A stretch of DNA of 63,945 nt, filler included, from Squatina squatina (taxonomy: Eukaryota), in assembly GCA_031763465.1 (NCBI GenBank). It is 4 parts of 4 records of this genome, joined end to end, with 100 filler letters (N's around TTAATTAATTAA, not from the genome) between each part and the next. Parts side by side here need not be neighbours in the genome. Positions count along the whole stretch, not along the records: positions 19,221 to 37,629 come from JARFOE010000013.1; positions 37,730 to 51,707 come from JARFOE010000100.1; 2 more parts are not named here. One strand, given 5' to 3'. Below, in pieces: positions 25,364 through 37,812 of the stretch. Both the position numbers and the translations under genes were made by a program. The notes under the pieces are model-generated. The model saw only the letters and a list, made by a program, of their open reading frames with translations. It had not been told where the DNA came from and made no database searches. The stretch's first letter is position 1; every line of letters starts with the position of its first letter.

Positions 25364-25535
25364 CTGGAGCTCCACAATCACAACAGATATCGTTGCCAGG
25401 CATCCGCTGCACATCTTCAATGATNNNNNNNNNNCTTTGGTTAGGTCCTCTATGCTGTTCTCTCCACTGCTTTGCTCTCCTCTGAATGCCATGTTTAATG
25501 CTTCCTCTTTACTGTTGGTTAATACTGATATCCAT
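25364..25535 (-). CDS. ASAP1: ASAP1 exon, end of PH domain and start of ArfGAP; contains a 10-N placeholder
   Basis: WISVLTNSKEEALNMAFRGEQSSGENSIEDLTK[N10]IIEDVQRMPGNDICCDCGAP. Confidence 0.9.
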
Positions 25536-25927
25536 CTATTTAAAAAATGGAAATATCTTAAAATCTTAAGACATTACATCACTTCAAAAACGTATAGCTA
25601 TTCACAGCAAAAAGTATTTCTGAAACGGAATAGTTTGGGTTATTTTGATGATGGAAATATTAGCAACAAAACTGCATGTCTGCTCTTACCTATCCAATCA
25701 TAACCAGAGTTTCTCCAGCAATTACTTCTCTACCAACCCCCGGAACCATTGCCTCTGGAGTCCCTCAATCCTTGGNNNNNNNNNNNNNNNNNNNNNNNNN
25801 NNNNNNNNNNNNNNNNNNNNNNNNNNNNNNNNNNNNNNNNNNNNNNNNNNNNNNNNNNNNNNNNNNNNNNNNNNNCTCTCAGAAGCCAATATAATGACCC
25901 TGAACAGTGAGGAAATTTGCTCAGTAC

Positions 25928-26124
25928 CTGCATTGCTCGACAAGCTGTGGTTTTCCCTGACTTGTGAATTCCACGCTGGTGGTATCCATGACAATATCAC
26001 TGAGGCCCACACTGGCCATCCTGTTGTCGTACTTTGTTCGGATCATAATGCTGTCCAGATTAACCAATGTCATCATAAAGTCTTCGCGGGTTACAGGGCC
26101 GCCCGACTCGTGCTGCCACTTATC
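25928..26124 (-). CDS. HSPG2: Isolated perlecan exon (laminin IV type A domain end)
   Basis: 197 bp, tttttacag...gtactg; DKWQHESGGPVTREDFMMTLVNLDSIMIRTKYDNRMASVGLSDIVMDTTSVEFTSQGKPQLVEQC resembles perlecan WVHESGRPV...MASVGLSDIAMDTT...VEECR. Confidence 0.8.
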
Positions 26125-27423
26125 CTGTAAAAAAAAACATGAAACAGTTGAAGAAATATAGAAGAGTTATAGTGTCTGCTTCAAACACTGGATGACAGAT
26201 ATTGAATTTCCATTTATCGCTTTAAAAAAATGCATATCTTCTCGGACAAGGGTTCTCAACCAGGGGACCGCAACAAGGTTTCAAGGGGCCACAACAGCGC
26301 TAACCCAAGTTACACCAATCAGGTTTCGCGTTGCTGCTACAATGAAACCAATCGAAATCCAGGTGTAACCTCTTGTCAATCAATTAACCAATCAGAAGCT
26401 TCTTCAGCACAGAATGGAATCATCTGGAGTTTCCTTTTTGTTTAAAGACACAATAAACATATTGTTTAAAAAAAATAAAGAGTTAATGTACATAAAACTG
26501 AAGTACAATTTACACCTCACAAGATTAGAACAATTAAGGAAAAGGTTGTGTGTATACTGAAGGGAAGATGGAAATTAATGAAGGTCATGGACAGCAAGGG
26601 AAGACGGTAATTAAAAACTGCAAAAATATTTTGTATCGTGACAAGATGCTATATTTCAGAGTACTCCTCCTAATGATGCTTTGCCAGTCATTGTGCTGAA
26701 ACCACATAACTTAATATCCTGGAGATAATGTTGGCTCTAAACACATGTTTTCATCACAAAATGAAACTTCCTCTTAAGCTGACAACTTTTTCCTAATGGC
26801 TGATGCATAATTTATGATTCTCATTTGTCAACACTTCTTCCGTTACCAGGTTAAAATCTGACCAAAACATGACAAATGGGAATAAGCATTCACAGAATTT
26901 TGAATACACTGGTGAGCATACAATAAATATCTGTAACTTCCAGAGCCTTATTAAACCCGAAATCAATTCATCTGTACATTTCCATTCTTTTGATACAGTT
27001 GAATCTCAAAAGTCCCAAAATGTACTGGAACTGGATAGACATATTTTACAGCACCTTAATATACTCAATAAAATGGAAATAACTGTTGTAGTAGGTAGGG
27101 AAAGACCACAAATGGGCCCAAACAAATTTTTACCCCTTAGTGTTTGTTCATCTGTCTGGCTTTGTGGCCCATCAGCTGTTTGCTTAATTTTGCCTTTGTA
27201 TCAGATTTCTCAAATTACGTCAAGCAAGGAACTTTCTACTCGCATTTTCAGTCTGGTCACTCGACTATGAACCTCTGATTCAGTCTGTGCTGGCTGAACT
27301 ACTGGACACGGTACCGTTTCATAAACAGGTGGCCCAGGACAGCAGTGATTCCCTCCCAGGTTCTTCTGCCTGACCAGGCTCCCTCTTTGTTTTCAGCACC
27401 AACAGGGGCTTCCCAATCATGCT

Positions 27424-27616
27424 CAACAACTTGCATTTATAGAACGCCTCTAACGTAGCAAAATGTCCCAAAGTGCTTCACAGAAGGTTATCAAACAAAA
27501 TTTGACACCAAGCCACATGGGGAGATATTAGGATAGGTTACCAAAAACTTGGTTAAAGAGGTAGGTTTTAAGGAGTTTCTTAAAAGGAGAGAGAGGTAGC
27601 AATACAGAAAGAATTC
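27424..27616 (-). mobile_element. L2 3' end
   Basis: caacaacttgcatttataga... is the reverse complement of the tail at about 10150-10283. Confidence 0.7.
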
Positions 27617-27716
27617 NNNNNNNNNNNNNNNNNNNNNNNNNNNNNNNNNNNNNNNNNNNNNNNNNNNNNNNNNNNNNNNNNNNNNNNNNNNNNNNNNNNN
27701 NNNNNNNNNNNNNNNN

Positions 27717-28325
27717 GCTACCCTCTCCACCTTCACCAGCCTCTGCCCTTTACCTCAGTTCATCTGCTGCTGAAACCCTAAGCCTTGGTCACCTCCTGAC
27801 TCAGTTATTCCAAAGCTCTCTATTGGCTAGCCTCCAATCCTCCACAAATGTTAGCTCAAATAAAACTCTGCTGCCCATATCCTAACCTGCGGCCCACTAA
27901 CTCATGACCCTCAGCTTTGCTAGTGTCATTGGCTCCAATTCCACCAATCCTCGTATTTAAAATTCATATCTTTGTCTTCAGAGTCTTGCACAGCCTTGCT
28001 CCTCCCCATCTATGAAACCTCCTCCAGCTATAAACTCTCTGTCCTTCTGACTCTGGCAGCACTCTACCCCTCCACCTCCACCCCCACCCCGCCCAACATT
28101 GGCAGCCATGCTTGGGGCCTCCCAGGATTCCCTTCAAAACCACTCTGCCTCTCCATCTCCACTTTCTATCGTCATTTAATACCCTCGTTAAAACCCACCT
28201 CTGACCAACCTTTTGGTCACCCCTCCTAATCTCTCCTTATTTGGCTCGGCTTCTGATTACGCCTCTGTGAGGGACATTGAGACATGTTTCTACATTTAAG
28301 GCGTTATATAAATGCAAGTTATTGT
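27717..28325 (+). mobile_element. L2 3' fragment
   Basis: Similar to 9870-10283; ends gcgttatataaatgcaagttattg. Confidence 0.7.
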
Positions 28326-28735
28326 AAATTATTTGAGACTAAACAACAGAGTTGAAGTTGGTTACTTAGAAACTATCCTTGACCAAAACTTATTTATCAT
28401 TTTAGCATATTAGTGGCTTCATATTCAACAATGATGTTAAAAAAAAAATTAACACCATAAATGCACTGTTAGAATGCAAGCTGAACTCAGTTGTGCTTTT
28501 GTATTTCGTAATCCATTTTCATCCAGAGAAAAGTCATTGCATTGAACATTGCCTTTCAAAACAAAAACTTGAGGGGCCAAAAAGTTTCAGACAAGACCAA
28601 AATTTAGTAGCACAATGATTGAACAGTATAATTTACTAGTTATAGAATGTCAAATCTCTATAGCTTTACTCTATAATTTGGAATACTTGGCTACTTTTAT
28701 GAAATGTAAATTCTAACTATTTCAAGTACACATAC

Positions 28736-28822
28736 CTCTTTCTGTTCAAGTTGCAGTGAGGATTTGAGCATATCACGAAGCGTGCACAGCTGCTTCTTTT
28801 CTTCATCCTGTGTTTGCTTGAT
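28736..28822 (-). CDS. ASAP1: ASAP1 exon, BAR domain C-terminus
   Basis: 87 bp; IKQTQDEEKKQLCTLRDMLKSSLQLEQKE; AG/GT bounded. Confidence 0.9.
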
Positions 28823-29867
28823 CTGTGGAAAAAACAAAGGCTAAAATTGAAGATGTGGCGTTTATCTGAAACATCAAAAAGTGAAAGCAAATATAAACTA
28901 AAATTCTTGTTTGCTTCCCAACAAGCCACTTTCAGACCCATTTTATAATTTTCACAGAAATCATCTGAGTAACCACTTGGAAAACATTAATGTTGTAAAG
29001 CAGATTATGTTTATACTTGGTCTATTGTCACCACTAAAAGAAAAACCTGTAAGAATGGCAAACTTCATTACTGGTAAAAGTATTTTACTAAGATTTCCTA
29101 TTTAAGCCTCAAGTAAAATTTGTTTTCACCATTATTTTCCTTTCATAAATGGACAATCTTGCCTCTATAATGACTTGGGTTGTATTCAATAAGTTTCCCT
29201 TTTTTAAATGTTAAAGCAACAAGGTCACTTCTTTAACTGGATTGATTTTCAAAATGGAGGTACTTGTAGTGTGGCCTTGCGACTAGCACATGTGCTACCA
29301 GCTGAAATGTGAGGGTGTTTAATCAAGGTGCAAATTGAACACAAACTACTTAATACAGGCACAAGAGGTACCTTTTTTTAAATTGGCGTAAACATTAATT
29401 TACTTTGCCAACAGATCTTTTTGGAATGATCTGAGTGATCTTTGCATGTCTGATAGCTCAATTTAAATATTTAGCTAATTGATTGGAGCCTTGTATGGCT
29501 GAGGAAGGGATTAGTAGAAACAATAAAACTTTGGAAAAAGAAATGGGGAGGCCTGAACTGGGGCAACTTTTTTTTGGGAACCATTTTAACTTTACAAAGA
29601 TTAAGTATTGAGGAAATTACAGAAAAGGGCCCAGGACCCCTATTTTTTTTCTCTGCCCACTCCAGTTGTAATTTCCTGTTTTGATCAGTCATATGGCAAT
29701 CGAGTGGATAAGTCAATCTGGTCCTGTTAAATTTCAGCGAGTGCACATTAGCAGGTATCTGGGTTCTTGCCAAAGATACGGTATTGTGCAGGATGCAGAG
29801 GGGAGATCAGCAAAACCTAGCCTGATTTGTGCCAGACAATCATTCTGAATACTTTTTGTTTACAAAG

Positions 29868-30024
29868 CTGTGGCTCTGTGTCGCACACTCAAACGAGTCA
29901 GAAGGTTGTGGGTTCAAATCCCACTTCAGGCACCTGAGCACACATCTTGGCCAACACTCAGTGCAGTGCTGAGGGAGTGCTGCCATGTCAGTAGTGCCAT
30001 TTTGCAGTTGAGCTGTTCAACAGA
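29868..30024 (+). mobile_element. Deu-SINE 5' part, truncated by a gap
   Basis: gagtcagaaggttgtgggttcaaatcccact...cagtgcagtgctgagggagtgctg. Confidence 0.7.
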
Positions 30025-30333
30025 NNNNNNNNNNNNNNNNNNNNNNNNNNNNNNNNNNNNNNNNNNNNNNNNNNNNNNNNNNNNNNNNNNNNNNNNNNNN
30101 NNNNNNNNNNNNNNNNNNNNNNNNCTATAATCTTTAAAAAGAATGGAATATTTTGCTAACTTGTTTTCCTCTACTTCCGAGGTCCCTGGAGGTTGGAACA
30201 AATGCCTTGTGTCAAATACTCAAACACTAGCACTGGATCAGTTTATCATCCAGTAGATCGACTTTACCTGGAGGAGATTACTGGTCCAACAAGGCTAAAA
30301 AATGAAGCTAGCTAATTTTAAAAAAAAACTTAC

Positions 30334-30419
30334 TTGCACTGTGCATGGTAATATTTGATGAGATTCTGGAGCAGATCCACACCCTTTTTTGTCTTGATTT
30401 CATTTACTTTAATGAGATA
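30334..30419 (-). CDS. ASAP1: ASAP1 exon, BAR domain
   Basis: 86 bp; YLIKVNEIKTKKGVDLLQNLIKYYHAQC(N). Confidence 0.93.
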
Positions 30420-31370
30420 CTAGCCAAGGAAAGACAAATAAAGAAAATATCAGTGCAATATCCTTAATTATGAAAACATCTAAAAGAAATTCTTAGCTGC
30501 AACGCCAACAATTAATTATTGCAGTTGTCTTCCAAACAATTTCATGTGCCTTATACCAATAAGGAGCTGATGTTCAGGGTTCCAGTTAAAATTAACTTTA
30601 TGCCAAATTAAAAGAACATGACATCGCATTGTACTTTTCATTAGCACAGTAATAACATTCACGTCACAATTATTTAAGTATCTTTCAGGAATAGATGATT
30701 TACAGACAGTACTGACTTAATTTAATTATTTCATTAACTAATGATCAAAAAATGTTGTGAACATTACAAGCATTTAAGAAAATAAAACTTTAAAAAGGTT
30801 AGAATTGCAGTGCTTAAAACAAAAAACGACATTGTTTAGTATTGTTTTTCAAAAAAAATCAAACTGTTACAATTCTTCTATCCAATCAGAAAGACTTGTT
30901 CTAGATCTTGGATGAGATACTCAAAACAAACAAACAGAGAGCTGCCTCAAAGATGCACTCTCAACTAGTGNNNNNNNNNNGTTCCCACAGTACCTCTGAT
31001 TAGCTGTTTTAACCTTTGAAAAAAACAAGCACCAGTGATGCAGCATACTGAAGCTCCAAAATGATGTGCTGCAAAATAATAGGGTATGGTATTATGCCAA
31101 TTAATTCTCTATGTTAGGAATTAGCTTCCGTTGGGTGACTATTTTCCTCCATTTGCTAAAGTGAGCCATCAAGTGAGTGCAAGCATAAAACAGGTTTCCC
31201 CATTTGGGGGAATGATTCAACAGGCACTTGTAGGTCTTCCATACCTCTCTCAGGTATTCCTCATGTGTGANNNNNNNNNNNNNNNNNNNNNNNNNNNNNN
31301 NNNNNNNNNNNNNNNNNNNNNNNNNNNNNNNNNNNNNNNNNNNNNNNNNNNNNNNNNNNNNNNNNNNNNN

Positions 31371-31605
31371 TTGGCTGCTGCTGCCTTCCCCTGATAAGCC
31401 ATCTCCCTCAACAATATCCAAAGTGGTATATCTATTTGAGAGGGGAATGACCACAGGGGATTCCTGCACTACCTGCCTGTGTCGACTACTCTGCTTAGTG
31501 GTCACCCACTCACTTTCTGCCTGTGCAGTCTTTACCTGCGGTGTGACCACCTCCCTAAACGTGCTATCCATGTACATCTCCATGTCGTGGATGCTCCACA
31601 GTAAA
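31371..31605 (-). mobile_element. CR1-type LINE ORF1 fragment
   Basis: MDSTFREVVTPQV...WVTT...VVQESPVVIPLSNRYTTLDIVEGDGL, with the IPLSNRY motif typical of CR1 ORF1. Confidence 0.6.
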
Positions 31606-32299
31606 GTACTCAAAGAGTGAATCACAGCTGAAACAACCCTTCTAGCATTAGTGCGCAATACTCATTGTAAAAAAGAGGAACATCTAACCCTTGTCACTCA
31701 ATTTTCAGGGTATTGCTCAAACATCTGGGAATTTAAGTTAATGTTTTCCAGTTTAATCTTTGAAATGACTTAATGGTTTGATTGCAGTCACGATGCACTT
31801 TATTGTTACATTGATGATGCAATGACACATGTCATGCAGATGAGACTGCAAGCAGTAGATATTAAAATCAGAGGAATCACAGCCTTCACTCTCACACAGA
31901 CAAACCATAAGACATCACACACGTTCCTGTATCACAGCTAACCTCCAATACTGTCATGTTTAGTCCATTCTGTGAAAGGTTTAAGGAGTACTTGTGTCGG
32001 GGTTATAGGTCTGTGCCTCACTAGTGTGGGGAATTATGGGAGCTGTGTATAAGAGGAATAAGGGATCATTTTCTTGGGTTTAGCAGCAATGTCCGGGATG
32101 CAACAAGTCAGAAACATTGGATGCTACCCCTGTGATTGTCTTGTGCTCGCACTGTGCTGCTTCTTCCTACCTCCACAAACCCTCATGGCCGGCAGACCAC
32201 TGACCCTCAGGGAGGTGTTGGTATGTTTACCCACCAGTTGCAGGGCAGGTGCTGCTTGCCCCTATTTAAATGGGGTGTTGTGAGCTAGAGATAGCAGCG

Positions 32300-32600
32300 A
32301 TTAAGTCGGGGGCACTGACGGAGTCCTTACAGCAACAACTTGCGCATATACTGTGCCTTCTCTTCTCAGGGCGACTCCTGGTGTGGAGTGGTTCTCCAGA
32401 AAGTCACAGTCACATCATCGGATTCAATATGTGGCTGGAGGATCTGTGCAAGAGGGAGACACTGACCTTCACTGACAACTGGACAACCTTCCAAGGAAAG
32501 CATGAGCCTTTCTAGGTGGGACTTCCTCCTTAATTTTTCCGGAGCTCAGAGGTTAGCTGGGAATTTTGCGGCTGCCTTTGGGGTGAATTTAAACAAAGTG
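32300..32600 (+). mobile_element. Possible LINE ORF1 SGNH-esterase remnant
   Basis: FNMWLEDLCKRETLTFTDNWTTF resembles the CR1/L2 ORF1 esterase segment; stop-disrupted. Confidence 0.4.
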
Positions 32601-33063
32601 AGCTGGGGGTTAGAATAGACAAGTCTAAGCCTGGCTTCTCTGCAGTATGCAACACCCAACTTCAGTCTGATGCATAATTGGAAAATGTAGATATTAAAGA
32701 TATTTGTGAAACATGGGCAGATGTAAATGATGGAGTAGAATGTGATGAATGTTTCAGGAAGGATGGAATAAGTCAGAAGGAAATGTGTCTCGTTTAGACC
32801 CTAAACCTCTCCTGTTCGAATGTTTCTCATTGTTCATCCATTGTCCGATCGGTCAGTTTTCTTTCCAGTTTATCAGGGCTCGTTTCCTTTTTATCTCATT
32901 GAAATTTGGCTTTTCCCAGCCAGTTATTTTTGTCTCTTGCTGTTTCCTTCGACCTTTGAATTTTTACATCAAACACCTGGGTGTTCCCCTATCCTTACTG
33001 CACCTAATTAACTCACTTTATTTTGTAGAACATGATCGAGCACTGCTTCCTTTCTTTGCTCTA

Positions 33064-33676
33064 GTAACGTAGTGATGTAGAGGGCAGACCTGGACACATT
33101 ACAGAAACCTCTCTCCCCCGTATGACAGATACCGAGGGCTCAATACTGCAGAAACCCTTGAGGAGTATAGAAAGTGCGGGGGTGAAATTAAAAAGGAAAT
33201 TAGAAAAGCAAAGAGAGGGTATGAAAAAATATTGACAAGCAAAATCAAGGAAAACCCAAAGATGTTTTATAAATACATTAAGAGCAAGAGGAGAACCAAA
33301 GAAAGAGTCGGGCCTATTAGGGACCATGAAGGTAAGCTGTGTGTGGAGGCGGAAGATGTGGGTATGGTTCTCAATGAATACTTTGCGTCTGTTTTCACAA
33401 TGGAGATGGACGATACAGACATTGCAATCAGGGGGGAGGAGTGTGAAATATTGGATGAAATAAACATAAGGAAAGAGGAAGAATTAAGGGGTTTAGCATC
33501 TTTGAAGGTGGATAAATCCCCAGTCTCAGATGAAATGTACCCGAGTTGAGAAGAAAGAGAGGAAATAGCAGAGGCTCTGACCATCATTTTCCAATCCTCT
33601 CTGGCTACAGGTGTGGTACTGAAGGACTGGAGGACTGCTAACGTTGTACCGTTGTTTAAAAAGGGAGACAGGGATA
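33064..33676 (+). mobile_element. CR1 LINE ORF2 fragment
   Basis: KIKENPKMFYKYIKSKR...VLNEYFASVFT...LKVDKSP...DWRTANVVPLFKKGDRD. Confidence 0.9.
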
Positions 33677-33776
33677 NNNNNNNNNNNNNNNNNNNNNNNN
33701 NNNNNNNNNNNNNNNNNNNNNNNNNNNNNNNNNNNNNNNNNNNNNNNNNNNNNNNNNNNNNNNNNNNNNNNNNNNN

Positions 33777-35391
33777 GAAACACCAGCATTGCTACATTGA
33801 TCATGTCAAGTGGACGTTGGAAACACTGGCATTACTACATTATCCATGTCAAGGGGACATTGTAAACACCGGCATTGCTACATTCATCATTTCAAGGGGG
33901 AGTTGGAAACACCGGCATTGCTACATTGTTCATGTCAAGGGGACCTTGGAAACACCGGCATTGCTACATTGATCAGGTCAAGGGGGAGTTGGAAACTCCA
34001 GCATTGCTACATTGAGCAGGTGAAGCGGGAGATGGAAAGACCGGCATTGCTACATTTAGCAGGGCAACGGGGAGTTTGAAACACCAGCATTGCTACATTG
34101 TTCATGTCAAGGGGACATTGGAAACACCGGCATTGCTACATTGATCATGTCAAGGGGGAGTTGGAAACACCGACATTGCTACATTGAGCAGGTCAAGGGG
34201 ATGTTGGAAACACCGGCATTGCTGCATTGAGCAGGTTAAGCAGGAGTTGGAAACACCGGCATTGCCACACTGAGCATCAAGGTGGAGTTGGACACACCGG
34301 CATTGCTACATTGAGTAGGTCAAGGGGGTGTTGGAAACAACGGCATTGCTCCATTGAGTAGGTCAAGTTGCGGGTTGGAAACACCGGCATTGCTACTTTG
34401 AGCAAGTCAAGGTGGGGGTTGGAAACAGCAGCATTGCTGCATTGAGCAGGTGAAGGGGGAATTGGAAACACCGGCTTTGCTACATTGAGCAATTCAAGAG
34501 GGAGTTGGAAACACCGGCATTGCTACATTCAGCACGTCAAGGGGGAGTTGGAAACACCGGCCTTGCTACATTGAGCCGGTCAAGGGGACGTTGGAAACAC
34601 CGGCATTGCTGCATTGAGCATGTCAAGGTGGGGGTTGGAAACACCGGCATTGCTACATTGAGCAGGTGAAGGGGGAGTTGGAAACACCGGCATTGCTACA
34701 TTGAGCAGGTGAAGGTGGAGTTGGAAACACTGGCATTGCTACATTGAGCAGGTGAAGGGGGAGTTGGAAACACTGGAATTGCTACATTGAGCAGATGAAG
34801 GGGGAGTTGGAAACACTGGCATTGCTACATTGACCAAGTCAAGGGGGAGTTGGAAATACCAGCATTGCTGCATTGACAAAGTCAAGGGGGAGTTGGAGAC
34901 ACCGGCATTGCTACATTGACCAAGTCAAGGGGGAGTTGGACACATCTGCATTGCTACATTGAGCAGGTCAAGGGGTGTTGGAAGCACCAGCATTGCTACA
35001 TTGAGCAGATTATGAGGGAGTTGGAAACACCAGCATTGCTACATTGAGCAGGTCAAGCGGGAGTTGGAAACACCGGCGTTGCTACATTGAGCAGGTCAAG
35101 CGGGAGTTGGAAACACCGGCATTGCTACATTAAGCAGGTCAAGCGGGAGTTGGAAACACTGAAATTGCTACATTGAGTAGGTCAAGGGGGAGTTGGAAAC
35201 ACCAGCATTGCTCCATTGAGTAGGTCAAGGGCGAGTTGGAAACACCAGCATTGCTCCATTGAGTAGGTCAAGGGCGAGTTGGAAACACCAGCATTGCTCC
35301 ATTGAGCAGGTCAACGTAGGGGTTGGAAACACCAGCATTGCTACATTGAGCAGGTCAATGTAGGGGCTGGAAACAACAGCCTTGCTACATT
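33777..35391. repeat. 43-bp tandem minisatellite/satellite, about 37 copies, open at the left gap
   Basis: Consensus GGAAACACCGGCATTGCTACATTGAGCAGGTCAAGGGGGAGTT; period 43 (for example 34681 to 34724). Confidence 0.97.
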
Positions 35392-37087
35392 ATTTGACAT
35401 TGCAGTCTTGGCTTTAATTTCTGGTCTTGTTTCCAACACAACATCAGTATCAAAATAAAATAACTGTTTCCTTGATCAGTATTTCTGCTCTGCTCGTCTC
35501 AGTTGTTTATTGTTAATCCTTCTACTGCAATGCTTTATCATTTGTAACCATCGCCCATCTGCAAAATAAACCAAACAGCTGGAGTGAGTCACAGGAAGAA
35601 TTGCCAAGCATTAAAATATATATCAAGTTGTCCAAATAAACTCCAACTAGAACATGCAAGATTCAAACAGATTATGAACTAGTAATTTGTATTCATGATA
35701 CAAATGATTTCAGTTCTGTAGTCATTACTTATTTATGAGCTATTATTTATGTGTAAACATGAAAAACAGCCTAACCATAAAATGAGTACAAATTATGTAT
35801 GTTAGCCTGTGGCACCCTGGCTCTGTTGTGGTACAACAATGGGTTTCTAGAGTTTTAAATAAAATTGGAAAATTCCAACTTCCTTTTTAAATTAAAAAAA
35901 TGACCATGCTTATTATAGTTTTGGTCGTGTTGTATTGACTTACAGCAATATATAGCCTTTATCTCTGAATAACTTAAGTAAAAAGCTCTGCGCATTGTAC
36001 ATAAAAAAAATACTCCATTTGCCAATCAAGCCTGAAGGGACATCAAGCCGTCTTCCTCATAAGGTCTTGCAAAGTGAAAGGTTTGCACTGATATTAGCAA
36101 GCACAGTTTAAAACATATTTCTAGTATTTTCTGGTTTTATTTCAGGATTGTGATCAATCTTCAAAGGCCCAGAGGCTCAGTCCCACAAGAAAAGCACTCA
36201 TGTGGTAGAAGGAAATGACGAGTGCTTTTAGTCCTCAAGGGAGAAACCTCATCATTTGAATCCCAGATGTCTGGTAAGTTGAAATGCATCTTTTCTTCCA
36301 TGCATTCGCACAGTACAAATAAATAGTTGGATAGCTCTGAGCATAAATATAAATCAATAAAGTCTCTACTATTGCAATTGCACTGCAGGTATCAATTTGC
36401 AACTGATAGTTACTGCCTTCCACCCATAAGAAAACTGGCAACCTTCATGTGTCGGTTTCTGAGGTAAAGGCTTGGATTTTTCTGCAGGGCAGTATTGCTG
36501 CCAGAAANNNNNNNNNNNNNNNNNNNNNNNNNNNNNNNNNNNNNNNNNNNNNNNNNNNNNNNNNNNNNNNNNNNNNNNNNNNNNNNNNNNNNNNNNNNNN
36601 NNNNNNNCTCATTTCACACAGCCCCTGCTCAGCTCACACAGGCCCTGTTCACTGCCCGGGCTCAGTGCTCAAGCCCAGGCTCAGCTCACATAACCCCTGC
36701 TTGGTTGACACAGCATCTGCTCCGGCAGGGTCATTCCTTCCTTCCTGTAGGGGCTCAGAGTGAAGTTCATGGAGCAATACAGTGGAGCCTAATGGGACTG
36801 CTCTCACTTGTGCTGCATTATCTGAGGTAAGGCTTGTGTCACCACTGAAAAATGCAGGCGTTGTCACCGCTGGATTTAGTGCAATTTTTGGTGCTGCGTG
36901 CACTTATGACGTCATAGTGCCACGATTAAGCTTCAGCCAGCACTTCAAGCTTTATGTGACTTGAGCCAGTTTTGCACCGGCGCCAACGGGACCCTAATTT
37001 TGCGTCCACGTTTTCACGCCTAAAGTGCCTTTACACCCATTTCATGCTGATTTCACGCCAAAAGTTTTCCCTCGAATTGGCTGCCCT

Positions 37088-37518
37088 AAATTGTTAATAT
37101 AAATTGTGAACAAATGTGGTTCCAGCACTGAACCTTGTGGTACACCATTACCCACCTTCTGCCACTGTGAATAGCTGCCTTTTACCCCTACTCTCTGCTT
37201 TCGGCCTTGAAGCCAGCTAGCGATCCATTCTGCTACTTGTCCCCTGAATACATAGTCTCTGACCTTGTTCATAAGTCTATTATGGGGTACCTTATTGAAG
37301 GCTTTTTGAAAATCTATATAAATTACATCTACTGCATTGCCCTTGTCTACTCTCTCTGTTACCTCTTCAAAAAATGTAATGAAATTTGGTCAAGCAAGAC
37401 TTTCCCTTTTGAAATACATGCTGATTATTCATTATTATATTTTTGGTTTCTAGATGTTTTTCTATTTTATCCTTTAGCAGGGATTCCATTATTTCTCCTA
37501 TTACTGATGGTAGGCTGA
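37088..37518 (-). mobile_element. CR1 LINE RT fragment
   Basis: WIASWLQGRKQRVGVKGSYSQWQKVGNGVPQGSVLEPHLFTIYIN. Confidence 0.85.
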
Positions 37519-37629
37519 GCGTAGACGTTCACGAAATGGAGCACTACGTCCGCGAGGCGAGCGGCGACATGGAGCAAGCGGCCCGGCACGGGCTCCTTGA
37601 CCCCCAAGATCTCCGGCTGAAAATGCGGG

Positions 37630-37729
37630 NNNNNNNNNNNNNNNNNNNNNNNNNNNNNNNNNNNNNNNNNNNNTTAATTAATTAANNNNNNNNNNNNNNN
37701 NNNNNNNNNNNNNNNNNNNNNNNNNNNNN
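37630..37729. other. Synthetic scaffold linker N44-TTAATTAATTAA-N44
   Basis: Same structure as 19121-19220; separates the ASAP1 and PDE11A scaffolds. Confidence 0.95.
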
Positions 37730-37747
37730 ATATAATGTGGACCTTAC

Positions 37748-37812
37748 CTGCTTTCAGCATCTGCACTGCATTTGGGAGACAAGAGCTCAAAAGATTTTGT
37801 AAACTTTACCAC
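37748..37812 (-). CDS. PDE11A: PDE11A exon, GAF-B region
   Basis: 65 bp; VVKFTKSFELLSPKCSADAES; tttttgacag/gtaagg. Confidence 0.9.

Noticed and set aside
25425-25434. Apparent frameshift in the ASAP1 exon, suggesting a pseudogene
   Set aside because: The 10-N placeholder stands in for about 2 bases; both sides match ASAP1
33777-35391. CRISPR-like appearance (conserved block containing GAAAC plus a variable segment)
   Set aside because: The variable segments are short and homologous to each other, the core itself varies, there are no cas genes, and the context is vertebrate; this is a tandem repeat
36147-36272. AG...GTAAGT-bounded segment as a coding exon
   Set aside because: Stops in all three frames and no other support
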